A model generated the notes under the pieces. It was not told where the DNA came from, did not search any database, and saw only the letters and a program-made list of their open reading frames with translations. A DNA stretch of 64,000 bases from an uncultured Flavobacteriaceae bacterium (lineage in GTDB: Bacteria > Bacteroidota > Bacteroidia > Flavobacteriales > Flavobacteriaceae): NCBI GenBank assembly GCA_964582005.1, contig CAZOQL010000001.1:236-64235 (forward strand). The letters run 5' to 3'. Both the position numbers and the translations under genes were made by a program. Each line of letters begins with the position of its first letter. Position 1 is the stretch's first letter. Shown here one piece after another: positions 8,473 through 18,975 of the stretch.

Positions 8473-9330
8473 TTATTCAAAATCTATATAATCCGTTGGG
8501 TTTACAGGATAACCGTCACTCCAAAGTTCAAAATGGAGATGTGGTCCAGTTGTTAACGTGCCTGTTGATCCTGAATTTGCAATAACTTCTCCAGATTTAA
8601 CTAAATCACCTTGCTCTTTAAATAAAAAATCATTGTGTTTATAAACCGATAAAAATCCTTGTGCATGATCTATTAACAATACATAACCTGTATCCGCAGT
8701 AAAATCAGAAAACACAACAGTTCCATCGGCAATCGATTTTACAGGTGTCCCTTTAACTAGAGCAATATCTGTTGCAAAATGCTTAATTTTTGGATTATAT
8801 ATAGCAGATATTTTACCTTTAACTGGCGCAAAAAAAACAATTTCGTTTTTTTTAGTGGCTTTTTCAAAAAGACTATATCTATCTTTTTCTTCTACCTCTA
8901 ATCTAAATAAGGAATCTTTTGCAGAAGGTTTTAATAGTAGTTCTTCATGGTTAAATATTTGAATAAGCGAATCTTTTTTGAAATCTTCCTTTTTAATATC
9001 ACCAATAAGTAATGCTGTAATGTTTTTAATATAGGCGTTATTTATTGCTAATTTTTGTTCTAGAGAATCTGCTTTATAAACTAGTATACTTGCTTTTTTC
9101 TTTAATTTAGAAGACGAGTAACCAGGTATATATTCTTTTAAAGGTGTAAATGCAATTAATATAGAAGTTATTGTTATTAATAATATTGCCAATAAACCAC
9201 TCAATACAAAAACATTTAATCTATTCAGCTTAAAAGAAAAACGTTCTTCTAAGGAGTCATTATTCATAATTACCAATCTATAATTATGAAATAATTTTTT
9301 ATAAAATTTATTTTTATTTCTTTTTACCAA
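8473..9330 (-). CDS. M23 family metallopeptidase
   Basis: N-terminal TM anchor. C-terminal HAQGFLSVYKHN...GSTGTLTTGPHLHFELW is the LytM/M23 zinc motif. Confidence 0.85.
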   Translation of the reverse strand: MVKRNKNKFYKKLFHNYRLVIMNNDSLEERFSFKLNRLNVFVLSGLLAILLITITSILIAFTPLKEYIPGYSSSKLKKKASILVYKADSLEQKLAINNAYIKNITALLIGDIKKEDFKKDSLIQIFNHEELLLKPSAKDSLFRLEVEEKDRYSLFEKATKKNEIVFFAPVKGKISAIYNPKIKHFATDIALVKGTPVKSIADGTVVFSDFTADTGYVLLIDHAQGFLSVYKHNDFLFKEQGDLVKSGEVIANSGSTGTLTTGPHLHFELWSDGYPVNPTDYIDFE

Positions 9331-9382
9331 GTTAAACTAATTTAATGCTTGTTTGTGATACGAAACGTTTTGGCTTTTACAA

Positions 9383-10966
9383 CTACATTCTTGTAATAAT
9401 AAATTCCGATCTTCTATTAATTTCATGCTCTAACTTGGTGCATTTACTTTTATTAGCATTATCGCAATGATTTAATAATCTAGTTTCACCATAGCCTTTA
9501 CCAGAAATACGTTCACTAGCTATTTCACCTTTATTAATTATGTAATTAATAGTAGATTGTGCTCGAGCATTTGATAGTTTTAAATTATATGCATCGCCAC
9601 CTCTAGCATCTGTGTGTGCGCCCAATTTAATTACCATTCTAGGATATCTACGCATGGTTGCTACAATCATATTTAATTGACCTGCGGCTCTTTTTGTTAT
9701 TTTAGAACTATCGTATTCAAAATGAATGTTAAATATATTCAACATTTTTTTCCCTCTTTTCATTACTATAAAATCATCTGAAAGAGGTATCGTTATTTTT
9801 GTAACACCATTATGTCTTGCCAAAGTAACAAAACCTTTAGATTTTAAACCATAATGCTTTTTAGTTGCTTTAATTTCATAATTTGCACTACAAATAACAT
9901 GTTTAAACAAAAACTTACCATCTTTTTCAGTAGTTATTGTTTCTATTTCTTTATCGAAAGAATCATACAATACAACTTTAGCAAAAGTAACTGGCCTACC
10001 AGTTGTTAAATCAATTACCTCACCATCAATATCTTGATAACAATCAAAAACTAAAGGTCTGGTTTCATTAAAGGAATAAATATCATCAGCACCTTTACCT
10101 CGATTTCTATTAGACGAAAAATAGCCTTGTTTTTTTTCGTGGTTAAAAATATAAGAAAAATCATCTGCTATACTATTAATTGGTGGTGATAAATGTATTC
10201 TATCCGACACTTTACCATCATCGTATAATTTTACTGCGTAAATATCGGCTTTACCATAAGAATCGCCTTTTCTGTAAGATGAAAAATATAAAGCGCCATC
10301 CTGAAAATGTGGATAAGCTTCTTTATAGGTTGAATTTACGATTTCACCCATGTTTTCTGGCTTACTGTAATTTCCTGCACCTAAAATATCTACATAAAAT
10401 ATATCTGTACTTCCTTTTGTTCCTGGCATATTAGAAGTGAAAAATAGTTTCGTATCATCGGCATTTAATGCTGGATGACCAACATCGTAAAACTTACTAT
10501 TAAATGGTAATTCTACAATGTTTTTCCAATCCCCATTAGAAGCAATAGTTGCTTTTAATATAGCTATAGTTGCTCTTTTATCTTTATAAACTTTTTTTGT
10601 GTTTGATTTGCCATATTTACTTCTGGTAAAATATACATACTTACCATCTTTTGTAAATGCCACATTAGATTCAAAGGATTTAGAACTAACACTTTTAATT
10701 TTAGTTGGGTTTACTATTTCTCCATCTTTAGCAATAGTACCTTGATATAAATCTAAATTAGCTTTCTTTTCATTTCGTGCAGAATATACTACTTTGTTTT
10801 TACCATAGAATGTCGTTCCAAAACTGGAGTATTCATTGTTAATAGCTAAGTTTTTTACAATAAAGCGTTCGTTCAATTTTTTAATTATAGAATCTTTTTC
10901 ATTTGATTTTTCTTGGGCATGCATTATAAATACACTAAAAATGAGTAGTAAAAATATTTTTTTCAT
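9383..10966 (-). CDS. OmpA family outer-membrane protein with PD40/TolB-like repeats
   Basis: Signal peptide. Repeated YF(T/S)S..(G)..DIY motifs. The C-terminal region GAHTDARGGDAYNLKLSNARA...N-RRSEF is an OmpA peptidoglycan-binding domain. Confidence 0.8.
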   Translation of the reverse strand: MKKIFLLLIFSVFIMHAQEKSNEKDSIIKKLNERFIVKNLAINNEYSSFGTTFYGKNKVVYSARNEKKANLDLYQGTIAKDGEIVNPTKIKSVSSKSFESNVAFTKDGKYVYFTRSKYGKSNTKKVYKDKRATIAILKATIASNGDWKNIVELPFNSKFYDVGHPALNADDTKLFFTSNMPGTKGSTDIFYVDILGAGNYSKPENMGEIVNSTYKEAYPHFQDGALYFSSYRKGDSYGKADIYAVKLYDDGKVSDRIHLSPPINSIADDFSYIFNHEKKQGYFSSNRNRGKGADDIYSFNETRPLVFDCYQDIDGEVIDLTTGRPVTFAKVVLYDSFDKEIETITTEKDGKFLFKHVICSANYEIKATKKHYGLKSKGFVTLARHNGVTKITIPLSDDFIVMKRGKKMLNIFNIHFEYDSSKITKRAAGQLNMIVATMRRYPRMVIKLGAHTDARGGDAYNLKLSNARAQSTINYIINKGEIASERISGKGYGETRLLNHCDNANKSKCTKLEHEINRRSEFIITRM

Positions 10967-10971
10967 TCTAA

Positions 10972-12525
10972 TTATTTTTCTGTTAATACAAAAGTAGTTC
11001 TTCTATTTATTAAATATTCTCTCTCAGTACATTCTACTTCTTTTGTACATCTATTTATAGGTTTTGTTTCTCCAAATGCTGTACCTGAAAATCGTTTTCT
11101 AAAAATTCCTTTAAAACCAATGTATTCTTTTAACACTTCAATTCTTTCTACAGACAACTGCATGTTAAAGTCGGTTTCGGCTCTACTATCTGTATGAGAT
11201 TCAAAATGTATTAAGAGCTTTGGATTATCTTTCATCATTATAATGGCTTTGTCTAATTGATACATATATCTTTTTTGAAGAATAATTTCATTATAATCAA
11301 AACCAACGGTTCCAACTCTCATTTTTTCTACTTGTGCTAAAACTTCTTTTTTAGTTGTAAGGAAAATATTTTTTCTAGCTAAAATACCATTTTTAGAATT
11401 GGTTACCATTATTTGTTCTGAAGTTTTATAACCTTGCTTAGAGGCTTCTACTTTATATGAAGTACTACATTTTAAACTAAACCCAAATTTACCACTTTCA
11501 TCGGTTGTCATTTTTTGAACTATTTCTTCATTTTCATTTTTCAATGAAATTAATGCAACTGGAATAATTTTTTGTGTTGCATTCAAATAAACAGTTCCTT
11601 TTAATTGTTGCATACAATCTTGGTCAGAAACAGCAGGTTCTTCTTCTTCTTCTTCGACTTCTTTTTTAGTAAACGAATAAATATCATCACTGCCTTTCCC
11701 ACCAGGTCTATTGGAAGTATAATATCCTATATTATTTATTGCATCATAATTAAATGCAAAATCATCGAATTTACTATTTATTGGTGCTTTAAGATGTATT
11801 ACTTTTGCAGTAGGATCATTTAAATCAATTGAAAATACATCTAACTTACCTAATCCTTTATGACCATTAGAAGAAAAATATAAAATATTATCTTTGGTTA
11901 TCGATGGATATAATTCGTTTCCTCTGGTATTTATTTTTTTCCCTAAATTTTTAGGTTCCGAATACGTGTTATTTCCTAAAATATCTACTACAAAAATATC
12001 TGACTTTCCTAAAGTTCCTTTTTTATTAGAACTGAAATATAATTTTTTATTATTGGCACTTATTGTTGGATGCCCAACATCATAATTCACACTATTAAAC
12101 GGTAAAGTTGTTATGTTAGACCAAGTTAAACCTAATTTAGTTGCTTTAAAAATTGCAATTCTCGATGCTATGTTTTTATTATATTTTCGTGTATTCTCTT
12201 CTCCATACAAACTTCTTGTAAAATACATAGTTTGTAAATCATTCGTAAAAGTTGATGTGTTTTCATGGGTTTTGGCTTCTAAAAATAGTGTTTTTGATTT
12301 TACATCACCATTCGTTAAAATACCACTATACATGTGATATTTACCACCAACCATAGAAGAAAAAATCATTTTATTACCATAAAAAGTAGCTCCTAAATTA
12401 GAGCCTTTATCATTTATAGATAAATTTTTTATCTCCCAAGTTGTTTCTTTTTCTTGAGAAAAATTATACGGTATATAACTAAAGTATATACTAACTATTA
12501 AAAGTATTATCGTGTGTATTTTCAT
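10972..12525 (-). CDS. OmpA family outer-membrane protein with PD40/TolB-like repeats (tandem paralog)
   Basis: Same architecture as 9383-10966. C-terminal ESHTDSRAETDFNMQLSVERIE...NRRTTF. Confidence 0.8.
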   Translation of the reverse strand: MKIHTIILLIVSIYFSYIPYNFSQEKETTWEIKNLSINDKGSNLGATFYGNKMIFSSMVGGKYHMYSGILTNGDVKSKTLFLEAKTHENTSTFTNDLQTMYFTRSLYGEENTRKYNKNIASRIAIFKATKLGLTWSNITTLPFNSVNYDVGHPTISANNKKLYFSSNKKGTLGKSDIFVVDILGNNTYSEPKNLGKKINTRGNELYPSITKDNILYFSSNGHKGLGKLDVFSIDLNDPTAKVIHLKAPINSKFDDFAFNYDAINNIGYYTSNRPGGKGSDDIYSFTKKEVEEEEEEPAVSDQDCMQQLKGTVYLNATQKIIPVALISLKNENEEIVQKMTTDESGKFGFSLKCSTSYKVEASKQGYKTSEQIMVTNSKNGILARKNIFLTTKKEVLAQVEKMRVGTVGFDYNEIILQKRYMYQLDKAIIMMKDNPKLLIHFESHTDSRAETDFNMQLSVERIEVLKEYIGFKGIFRKRFSGTAFGETKPINRCTKEVECTEREYLINRRTTFVLTEK

Positions 12526-12615
12526 TTTTAGTCCCTTATTTTAATTGATTTGTTGCTTCTTATTTCATAGTACTATCTTCTTCAATACAAAAGTAATGCC
12601 AAGAAAAATTAAGCC

Positions 12616-13200
12616 CTATTTATAAAAATTCATTTCATCAACATATTTCCAAACCTCACAAGGCAATAATGGTCTTATGTTTTTATTGGTTGCAATGGCA
12701 TTTCTTATAAATGTTGATGACAACTCCATAATTGGAGCACTTATAAAGTGTACTTTATTTTGATTAACAAATATAGATTTTTTTTTGTTTTTATAAAGCC
12801 TTGGATAAACATATATTTCATGATTATCTATAATCACCTGATAATTTTTCCATTTATGCAAGGATTGTAAATTATCTTCTCCCATTATTAAGTCAAATTG
12901 ATGGTTTGGGTGTTTTTCTTTAATATGAACAAGCGTAGTAACTGTATAGTTGGGTTGTGGTAAATTAAACTCAATGTTAGAAGCTTTTAATTTTGGAAAA
13001 TTTTCTATAGCAATAGTAACCATTTGATAACGGTGATTGTCTGCCAGCAAAGAACTTTTTTTCTTAAATGGACTGTGTGGTGTAATGACAAACCAAACCT
13101 CATCTAAATCAGAAAATTCTACTAGATGATTTGCTATGGCTAAATGACCAATGTGAATTGGGTTAAAAGTTCCGAAATATAGACCTATCTTTTTATTCAT
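12616..13200 (-). CDS. nadD: Nicotinate-nucleotide adenylyltransferase
   Basis: IGLYFGTFNPIHIGH nucleotidyltransferase (H/T)xGH motif, plus SSTFIR near the C-terminus. Confidence 0.85.
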   Translation of the reverse strand: MNKKIGLYFGTFNPIHIGHLAIANHLVEFSDLDEVWFVITPHSPFKKKSSLLADNHRYQMVTIAIENFPKLKASNIEFNLPQPNYTVTTLVHIKEKHPNHQFDLIMGEDNLQSLHKWKNYQVIIDNHEIYVYPRLYKNKKKSIFVNQNKVHFISAPIMELSSTFIRNAIATNKNIRPLLPCEVWKYVDEMNFYK

Positions 13201-13217
13201 TTAAAATATGTTTGGAA

Positions 13218-13790
13218 TTAAGAATAAATATAACTACTCACCAAATTATACGCTTCTTTTGTTGCTTTTTCTAAATCATCATTTATTAAAATAACATCAA
13301 ACTCCTTTGCATATTTTAATTCATTAGAGGCTTTGGCAACTCGCTCTAATATTTTTTCTTCCGTATCTGTTTTTCTACCTCTAAGCCGTCTTTCCATTTC
13401 TTGTAAGGATGGTGGTTGTACAAAAATAGCCAATGTTTTTTTAGGAAACTGTTTTTTTATATTTAAACCGCCAATTACATCAATATCAAAAATTACATTT
13501 TTTCCTTCTTTACGTAACCTCTTTACTTCTTTCTTCAAAGTTCCATAAAAATTATCTTTATAAACCTCTTCACTTTCAATAAAGTTCTCTTTCTTAATGA
13601 GTTTTTTAAACTTTTTTGGCGATATAAAGTAATAGTCTTGTCCATCTATTTCTTCACCTCTTTTATGGCGAGATGTTGCCGAAATAGAAAATGCTAAATT
13701 CAACTCTTTTTGTGCTAACAAATAATGTACAATGGTAGTTTTACCAGATCCACTTGGTGCCGAAAAAACTACTAATTTTCCTTTTTTCAT
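13218..13790 (-). CDS. gmk: Guanylate kinase
   Basis: SAPSGSGKTT P-loop, SATSR, and 190 aa in length. Confidence 0.9.
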   Translation of the reverse strand: MKKGKLVVFSAPSGSGKTTIVHYLLAQKELNLAFSISATSRHKRGEEIDGQDYYFISPKKFKKLIKKENFIESEEVYKDNFYGTLKKEVKRLRKEGKNVIFDIDVIGGLNIKKQFPKKTLAIFVQPPSLQEMERRLRGRKTDTEEKILERVAKASNELKYAKEFDVILINDDLEKATKEAYNLVSSYIYS

Positions 13791-13798
13791 TATAAAAT

Positions 13799-14656
13799 TT
13801 ATAATACATTTAATAATTGTTCCTTTATTTTTTCTAACTCATCTTTCATTAAAACAACATTTTGTTGCATTGGCGCATGATTCGCTTTAGAGCCCGTTGT
13901 ATTAATTTCCCTGCCAATTTCTTGACAAATAAATCCTAATTTTTTACCATTAGATTCTTTGGAGTTTAACTCTTTTAAAAAATATAACAAGTGGTTATCT
14001 AAGCGTATTCTTTCTTCGGTAATATCTAATTTTTCTAAATAAAAAATCAATTCTTGTTCTAGTTTGTTTTTATCTACATCTAATTGTAAGTCCTTTATTG
14101 ATTTTTCAATTCGCTCTCTTACGATAGGCATTCTAGCTTTTTCAAATGGAATATTTTTTTTACATAAATCTTGAAGCGTAGCTATTCGGGTTTCAAAATC
14201 AGTTTTTAAAATTGCGCCTTCATCTTTTCTGAAATTATTAATTTTGGCTAAGGCATTATCTGTATTTAAGGAGACTTCTCGCCATTCGCTTTCTTCTAAT
14301 TCTTCTTTTGAAGCGTCTAAAATGTTAGGTAATTTCATGGCTATAGTTAATGCTTGCTCATTTGTCATCTTAGAAATACCTTGTAATTGATTTATATAAT
14401 CGTTAGCTACAATGGTATTGATTTTATTGCTATTTACACTACCTGTAGCCTCTACATAGAGATTAAAATCTACTTTTCCACGTTGTAGATTTGTTGCTAA
14501 TTTTTTACGAATCAATAATTCTTTTTCTTTAAATGGATTACTAATTCGAACATTTAAATCTAAGTTTTTAGAATTTAAAGACTTTATTTCTATGGTGATT
14601 TTTTTATTATTAATGGTAAATTCTGTTTTACCATATCCTGTCATGGATTTAATCAT
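13799..14656 (-). CDS. yicC: YicC/YloC family endoribonuclease
   Basis: MIKSMTGYG N-terminus and C-terminal EIGREINTTGSKA motif. Confidence 0.85.
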   Translation of the reverse strand: MIKSMTGYGKTEFTINNKKITIEIKSLNSKNLDLNVRISNPFKEKELLIRKKLATNLQRGKVDFNLYVEATGSVNSNKINTIVANDYINQLQGISKMTNEQALTIAMKLPNILDASKEELEESEWREVSLNTDNALAKINNFRKDEGAILKTDFETRIATLQDLCKKNIPFEKARMPIVRERIEKSIKDLQLDVDKNKLEQELIFYLEKLDITEERIRLDNHLLYFLKELNSKESNGKKLGFICQEIGREINTTGSKANHAPMQQNVVLMKDELEKIKEQLLNVL

Positions 14657-14688
14657 ATTATAACTATTTAAAGATTATTGCAACTAAC

Positions 14689-15585
14689 TTAATTATATTG
14701 TTTTACTTCTTTGGTTTTTGAGGATACTAAATATACTCCTACAAATATAAGCAATGTTGCTATAATTTTAACACTATTTAGGGTGTCACTTTTTACTGCT
14801 AAAGCATAAGTAGTTGCAATTACGGGTTGTAAATAGATAAAAATACTAACAGTTGTTGGCTTTAACTTTTTAATAGCTAGCAAATTAAACAAGTAAGTGA
14901 TAAAGGTTGTGAATACAATAATAAATCCTATTTTTAGTAAAACATTTTGTGGTAATAAAGAAAAATTTACTAATTGAAGTTCTCTAACTCCAAATGGTAT
15001 TACCATTATCAAACCAAACAAATACAACCATTTGGCAAAAGTCAAAGGGTTGTACTTTTTTGTTAAACTTTTAATTAAAATTAAATACATTGCATAGGAA
15101 GCTGCATTTACAAAAACCAATAAATTTCCTATTAATTCATTATTTCCAGCAGCAATTTTTTTCCCATATACAATTAAGAAAACTGCTCCTAGCAAACCAA
15201 TGCCAATTCCAAAAAGCTTACGATTTGTTGCTTTTTCATTTAAAAAAATACTTGCAAATGTCAATACTAAAATTGGAGTTGTAACCATCATAACTGCGCC
15301 ACTTATTGGAGTTGTCATACTTAAACCTTTAAAAAAAGTAAGCATATTTAATGCTACTCCAAAAATTGCTGCAATCATTATTTTAAAATAATCGCGCAGT
15401 TTTATTTGTTCTTTTTTAACAAAAAAACTTGCTATCCAAAATAATATAGTTGCTCCAAAAACTCTTAATACTATAAAACCAAATGGCTTTATATATTGTG
15501 GCATTACTTCTTTGGCAATGGTAAAACTTACTCCATAGATAACAGCGGTTAGTGCCGCTAATAGTAATGCTATTTTTCTATTCAT
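14689..15585 (-). CDS. EamA/DMT family transporter
   Basis: 298 aa with about 10 predicted TM helices in two repeated halves. Confidence 0.7.
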   Translation of the reverse strand: MNRKIALLLAALTAVIYGVSFTIAKEVMPQYIKPFGFIVLRVFGATILFWIASFFVKKEQIKLRDYFKIMIAAIFGVALNMLTFFKGLSMTTPISGAVMMVTTPILVLTFASIFLNEKATNRKLFGIGIGLLGAVFLIVYGKKIAAGNNELIGNLLVFVNAASYAMYLILIKSLTKKYNPLTFAKWLYLFGLIMVIPFGVRELQLVNFSLLPQNVLLKIGFIIVFTTFITYLFNLLAIKKLKPTTVSIFIYLQPVIATTYALAVKSDTLNSVKIIATLLIFVGVYLVSSKTKEVKQYN

Positions 15586-15595
15586 AGTAACTATA

Positions 15596-15623
15596 AAACC
15601 TCAAAGAAAATACTTTGAGGTTT
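15596..15623 (-). terminator. Hairpin terminator downstream of sodA
   Basis: AAACCTCAAAG-aaaata-CTTTGAGGTTT forms an 11-bp stem. T-runs flank it on both strands (stronger on the + strand). It lies 25 nt past the sodA stop. Confidence 0.55.
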
Positions 15624-15647
15624 GTTTTTTTATTAAATTAAAATGAA

Positions 15648-16256
15648 TTACTTCGCTGCAGCAAAACGTCTTTCCACTTCGTTCCAATTAATTACATTAA
15701 AAAATGCTTGAACATAATCTGGTCTTCTATTTTGATAGTTTAAATAATAAGCATGTTCCCAAACATCTAATCCTAAAATTGGTGTGCCACCACAGCCAAC
15801 TCCTGGCATTAATGAATTGTCTTGATTTGGTGTAGAACAAACCTCTACTTTACCACCTTTATGTACACAAAGCCAAGCCCAACCAGATCCAAAACGAGTT
15901 CCTGCAGCTTTTGCAAAAACAGTTTTAAACTCATCAATAGAACCATAAGCTTCTTCTATTGCGTCTTTTAATTCTCCCGATAATCTTCCTTTTTCATCAG
16001 GATTCATGACACTCCAAAATAAAGAATGATTATAAAAACCACCACCATTATTTCTTACTGCACCATTACTCATATCTAAATTAGTTAAAATATCTTCGAT
16101 AGATTTTTCTTCTAAATCAGTTCCTGCAATTGCATTATTTAAATTGTTAGTATATCCGTTGTGGTGTTTTGTATGATGAATTTCCATTGTTCTTGCATCA
16201 ATATTTGGTTCTAATGCATCGTATGCATAACCTAATTCTGGTAATTTAAATCCCAT
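15648..16256 (-). CDS. sodA: Fe/Mn superoxide dismutase
   Basis: [19 protein letters not shown] and DVWEHAYYL. Confidence 0.95.
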   Translation of the reverse strand: MGFKLPELGYAYDALEPNIDARTMEIHHTKHHNGYTNNLNNAIAGTDLEEKSIEDILTNLDMSNGAVRNNGGGFYNHSLFWSVMNPDEKGRLSGELKDAIEEAYGSIDEFKTVFAKAAGTRFGSGWAWLCVHKGGKVEVCSTPNQDNSLMPGVGCGGTPILGLDVWEHAYYLNYQNRRPDYVQAFFNVINWNEVERRFAAAK

Positions 16257-16282
16257 AATTTTATGTTTTTAGTTAATAAACA

Positions 16283-16290
16283 CAAATATA
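16283..16290 (-). promoter_or_regulatory. Candidate -7 box for sodA
   Basis: The reverse strand reads TATATTTG, with 26 nt to ATG 16256. Confidence 0.45.
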
Positions 16291-16392
16291 TATTTATTAA
16301 ATAGTATTTGGTCTACTTTATAATAAAAAATATCTATAGTTACATATACGTTAACTATACTAATTAATGTAGTAAATGTATTTGCAAAAAAG

Positions 16393-17154
16393 TTACGCTT
16401 TCTGGTATTTTTTTAATTCCAAATTTTCACCATCAAAAACCGCATAGGTGAAATATGAAATCCAATCGCCTGTATTGATGTATTTACTTTTTTTGTTATC
16501 CGAATCTAATTCTAAAGTCATTGGTAAATGCCGGTGACCAAACAAGAAAAAATCATAGTGTTTGGTTTCTAATTTTCGTTTGCAATATTGTACTAACCAT
16601 TCTTTGTCATCACCTAAATATTTCACGTCTTCATCACCAGAAATTAATTTATTTTTTAAGGATAAACGTTGTGCTAACGCAACGCCAAAATCGGGATGTA
16701 ACCATCTATAAAGCCATCTAGAAACTGGATTGGTAAATACTTTCTTCATGAGTTTATAGCCTTTATCTCCAGGTCCTAATCCATCGCCGTGACCAATTAA
16801 AAATAATTTGTTATTAAATGTAAATTCGGTTGATTTGGTATAAACGAAAATATTCAATTCTTTCTGAAAATAATCACGCATCCATAAATCATGATTTCCT
16901 ACAAAAAAATGGATTGGGATACCGCTATCACTAATTTCGGCAAGTTTTCCAAGAACACGAACAAATCCTTTGGGAACTACGGTTTTATATTCCATCCATA
17001 AATCGAACAAATCTCCTAATAAAAAAACAGCTTCAGCATCGTGTTTAATCTCATCTAGCCAAGTTACAAATAACTTTTCACGCACCAAACTTTTGGTGTG
17101 ATTTGGTAGACCAAAATGTTGGTCGGATGCGAAGTATATTTTTTTATTTTTCAC
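16393..17154 (-). CDS. lpxH: UDP-2,3-diacylglucosamine diphosphatase (LpxH-type metallophosphoesterase)
   Basis: ASDQHFG, LLGDLFDLWMEYK, GNHDLW and GHRH. GTG start. Confidence 0.75.
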   Translation of the reverse strand: MKNKKIYFASDQHFGLPNHTKSLVREKLFVTWLDEIKHDAEAVFLLGDLFDLWMEYKTVVPKGFVRVLGKLAEISDSGIPIHFFVGNHDLWMRDYFQKELNIFVYTKSTEFTFNNKLFLIGHGDGLGPGDKGYKLMKKVFTNPVSRWLYRWLHPDFGVALAQRLSLKNKLISGDEDVKYLGDDKEWLVQYCKRKLETKHYDFFLFGHRHLPMTLELDSDNKKSKYINTGDWISYFTYAVFDGENLELKKYQKA

Positions 17155-17160
17155 TACTAT

Positions 17161-17188
17161 ATCTTATCTCTTGATTCTAGCCTCTTGG
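17161..17188 (-). repeat. Related 14-nt tandem repeat in the queD-lpxH spacer
   Basis: The - strand reads CCAAGAGGCTAGAA (17188-17175, 12/14 to the tsaB unit), then TCAAGAGATAAGAT (17174-17161, 9/14). Confidence 0.65.
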
Positions 17189-17193
17189 TTCTT

Positions 17194-17643
17194 TCAAACT
17201 TGATCACTAGCAAACCATTCCGCAAACGAATTATTAGTTTCGTATAATTTTAAAGAATGTAATTTGACGTCATTTGGTAATTTGGCACTTATTTTTTTTG
17301 CAAAATCTTGAATCATCAATTCACTTGTTGGTTGGTATTCTACCATTACAATACGATGCGAATAATCGGCTATTTTTTTAGCTAATTCTAGATGTTCGGA
17401 ATTTTTATTCAATACAATAGAATGATCAAATATATCTACAATTTCTGTATTAACTATTTTTTTAAGATCTCCAAAATCGAGAACCATACCATTTTTTGGA
17501 TGATTTTTATCGTTTATAGGTGTGCCAATAATAGTTACGTATAATTGGTAACTGTGACCGTGTATGTTCTTACATTTTCCGTCATATCCGTGCAAAGCAT
17601 GAGCTGCTTCAAAATCGAAATGCTTGGTGATTCTTATTTTCAT
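17194..17643 (-). CDS. queD: 6-carboxytetrahydropterin synthase
   Basis: 149 aa. FEAAHAL...C...HGHSY motif of the PTPS/QueD family. Confidence 0.85.
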   Translation of the reverse strand: MKIRITKHFDFEAAHALHGYDGKCKNIHGHSYQLYVTIIGTPINDKNHPKNGMVLDFGDLKKIVNTEIVDIFDHSIVLNKNSEHLELAKKIADYSHRIVMVEYQPTSELMIQDFAKKISAKLPNDVKLHSLKLYETNNSFAEWFASDQV

Positions 17644-17754
17644 GTTGTCTAACCGCTAAGTTTGGCGCAAGGTACGTAAAGAAATTGAATATTATTTTAC
17701 GGAAATTTACAGTGCTTTAATTACTGATGAATTTTCTTTTATTATGTTGTTTTA

Positions 17755-18948
17755 TTAAATTACTTTAAAGTGTTTTCCTACTTTTGTAAAAGCAGCAATG
17801 GCTTTATCTAAATGCTTTTGTGTATGAGCTGCAGATAATTGTACTCTAATTCTAGCTTTTTCTTTGGGCACAACAGGAAAGAAAAATCCAATAACATAAA
17901 TGCCTTCATTCAATAATGCATTTGCCATATCTTGCGATAGTTTTGCATCGTAAAGCATAACTGGCACAATGGCTGCATCGGCACCAACCAAATCGAACCC
18001 TGCTTTTTCCATACCTTCTCGAAAGTAATTGGTATTATCTTCCAATTTATCACGTAACGAAGTGTCATTTTCAATCATTTCAAACACTTTTAAAGATGCG
18101 CCTACAATTGCAGGTGCTAAAGAGTTTGAAAATAAATATGGTCTAGAACGTTGACGTAGAATATCAATAATTTCTTTTTTTCCTGTTGTAAAACCACCCA
18201 TTGCACCACCAAGCGCTTTACCAAGTGTTCCTGTAATGATATCAACGCGACCCAAAACGTTTTTTAGTTCTATTGTGCCTCTACCTGTTTTACCAATAAA
18301 GCCAGATGCATGACATTCATCCACCATTACTAAAGCATCATATTTATTGGCTAAATCACATATTTTATCTAGTTGCGCAACGATTCCATCCATAGAAAAA
18401 ACACCATCGGTTACAATAATTTTAAACCGATGATTTTCTTTATTCGCTTCAATTAATTGCTGTTCTAAAGCTGCCATATCATTATTTGCATAACGATAAC
18501 GAGCTGCTTTACACAATCGCACACCATCAATAATTGAGGCGTGATTTAAGCTGTCACTAATAATTGCATCTTCTTTGGTTAATAATGGCTCAAAAACACC
18601 ACCATTTGCATCAAATGCTGCTGCGTATAAAATGGTATCTTCGCAATGAAAAAATTCGGCAATTTTAGCCTCTAGTTTTTTATGAATGTCTTGTGTTCCA
18701 CAAATAAAACGTACAGATGACATGCCAAATCCATGTGAATCTAAAGTGTCTTTTGCAGCTTGAATCACCTCTTTATTGTTAGATAACCCCAAGTAATTAT
18801 TGGCACAAAAATTAATCACTTCTTCGCCTGTGGATACTTTAATTACTGCATTTTGTGACGTGGTAATGATTCGTTCCGTTTTATATAAACCGGCTTCTTT
18901 TATATTTTGTATTTCTTGTTGTAAATGCTCTTTAATGGATCCGTACAT
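17755..18948 (-). CDS. kbl: Glycine C-acetyltransferase (2-amino-3-ketobutyrate CoA ligase)
   Basis: [29 protein letters not shown]-terminus and the PLP-lysine region [10 protein letters not shown]. The ORF-track start at 19068 adds 40 implausible residues and would swallow a -7 promoter box. Confidence 0.9.
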   Translation of the reverse strand: MYGSIKEHLQQEIQNIKEAGLYKTERIITTSQNAVIKVSTGEEVINFCANNYLGLSNNKEVIQAAKDTLDSHGFGMSSVRFICGTQDIHKKLEAKIAEFFHCEDTILYAAAFDANGGVFEPLLTKEDAIISDSLNHASIIDGVRLCKAARYRYANNDMAALEQQLIEANKENHRFKIIVTDGVFSMDGIVAQLDKICDLANKYDALVMVDECHASGFIGKTGRGTIELKNVLGRVDIITGTLGKALGGAMGGFTTGKKEIIDILRQRSRPYLFSNSLAPAIVGASLKVFEMIENDTSLRDKLEDNTNYFREGMEKAGFDLVGADAAIVPVMLYDAKLSQDMANALLNEGIYVIGFFFPVVPKEKARIRVQLSAAHTQKHLDKAIAAFTKVGKHFKVI

Positions 18949-18967
18949 AGTTTTATATTTGGTTGTA

Positions 18968-18975
18968 CAAAAGTA
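18968..18975 (-). promoter_or_regulatory. Candidate -7 box for kbl
   Basis: The reverse strand reads TACTTTTG, with 19 nt to ATG 18948. Confidence 0.45.

Noticed and set aside
11638-11655. (TTC)6 / (GAA)6 trinucleotide run as a phase-variation switch
   Set aside because: It is in-frame (Glu6) with a 3-nt unit, so slippage would not switch the gene off. It is too short to claim hypervariability.
17644-17754. Possible preQ1 riboswitch upstream of queD
   Set aside because: I read the - strand leader (…CCTTGCGCCAAACTTAGCGGTTAGACAAC-ATG) and could not find the preQ1-I/II stem-loop plus A-rich tail, or any convincing helix. A covariance-model scan (Infernal/Rfam) would be the decisive test.
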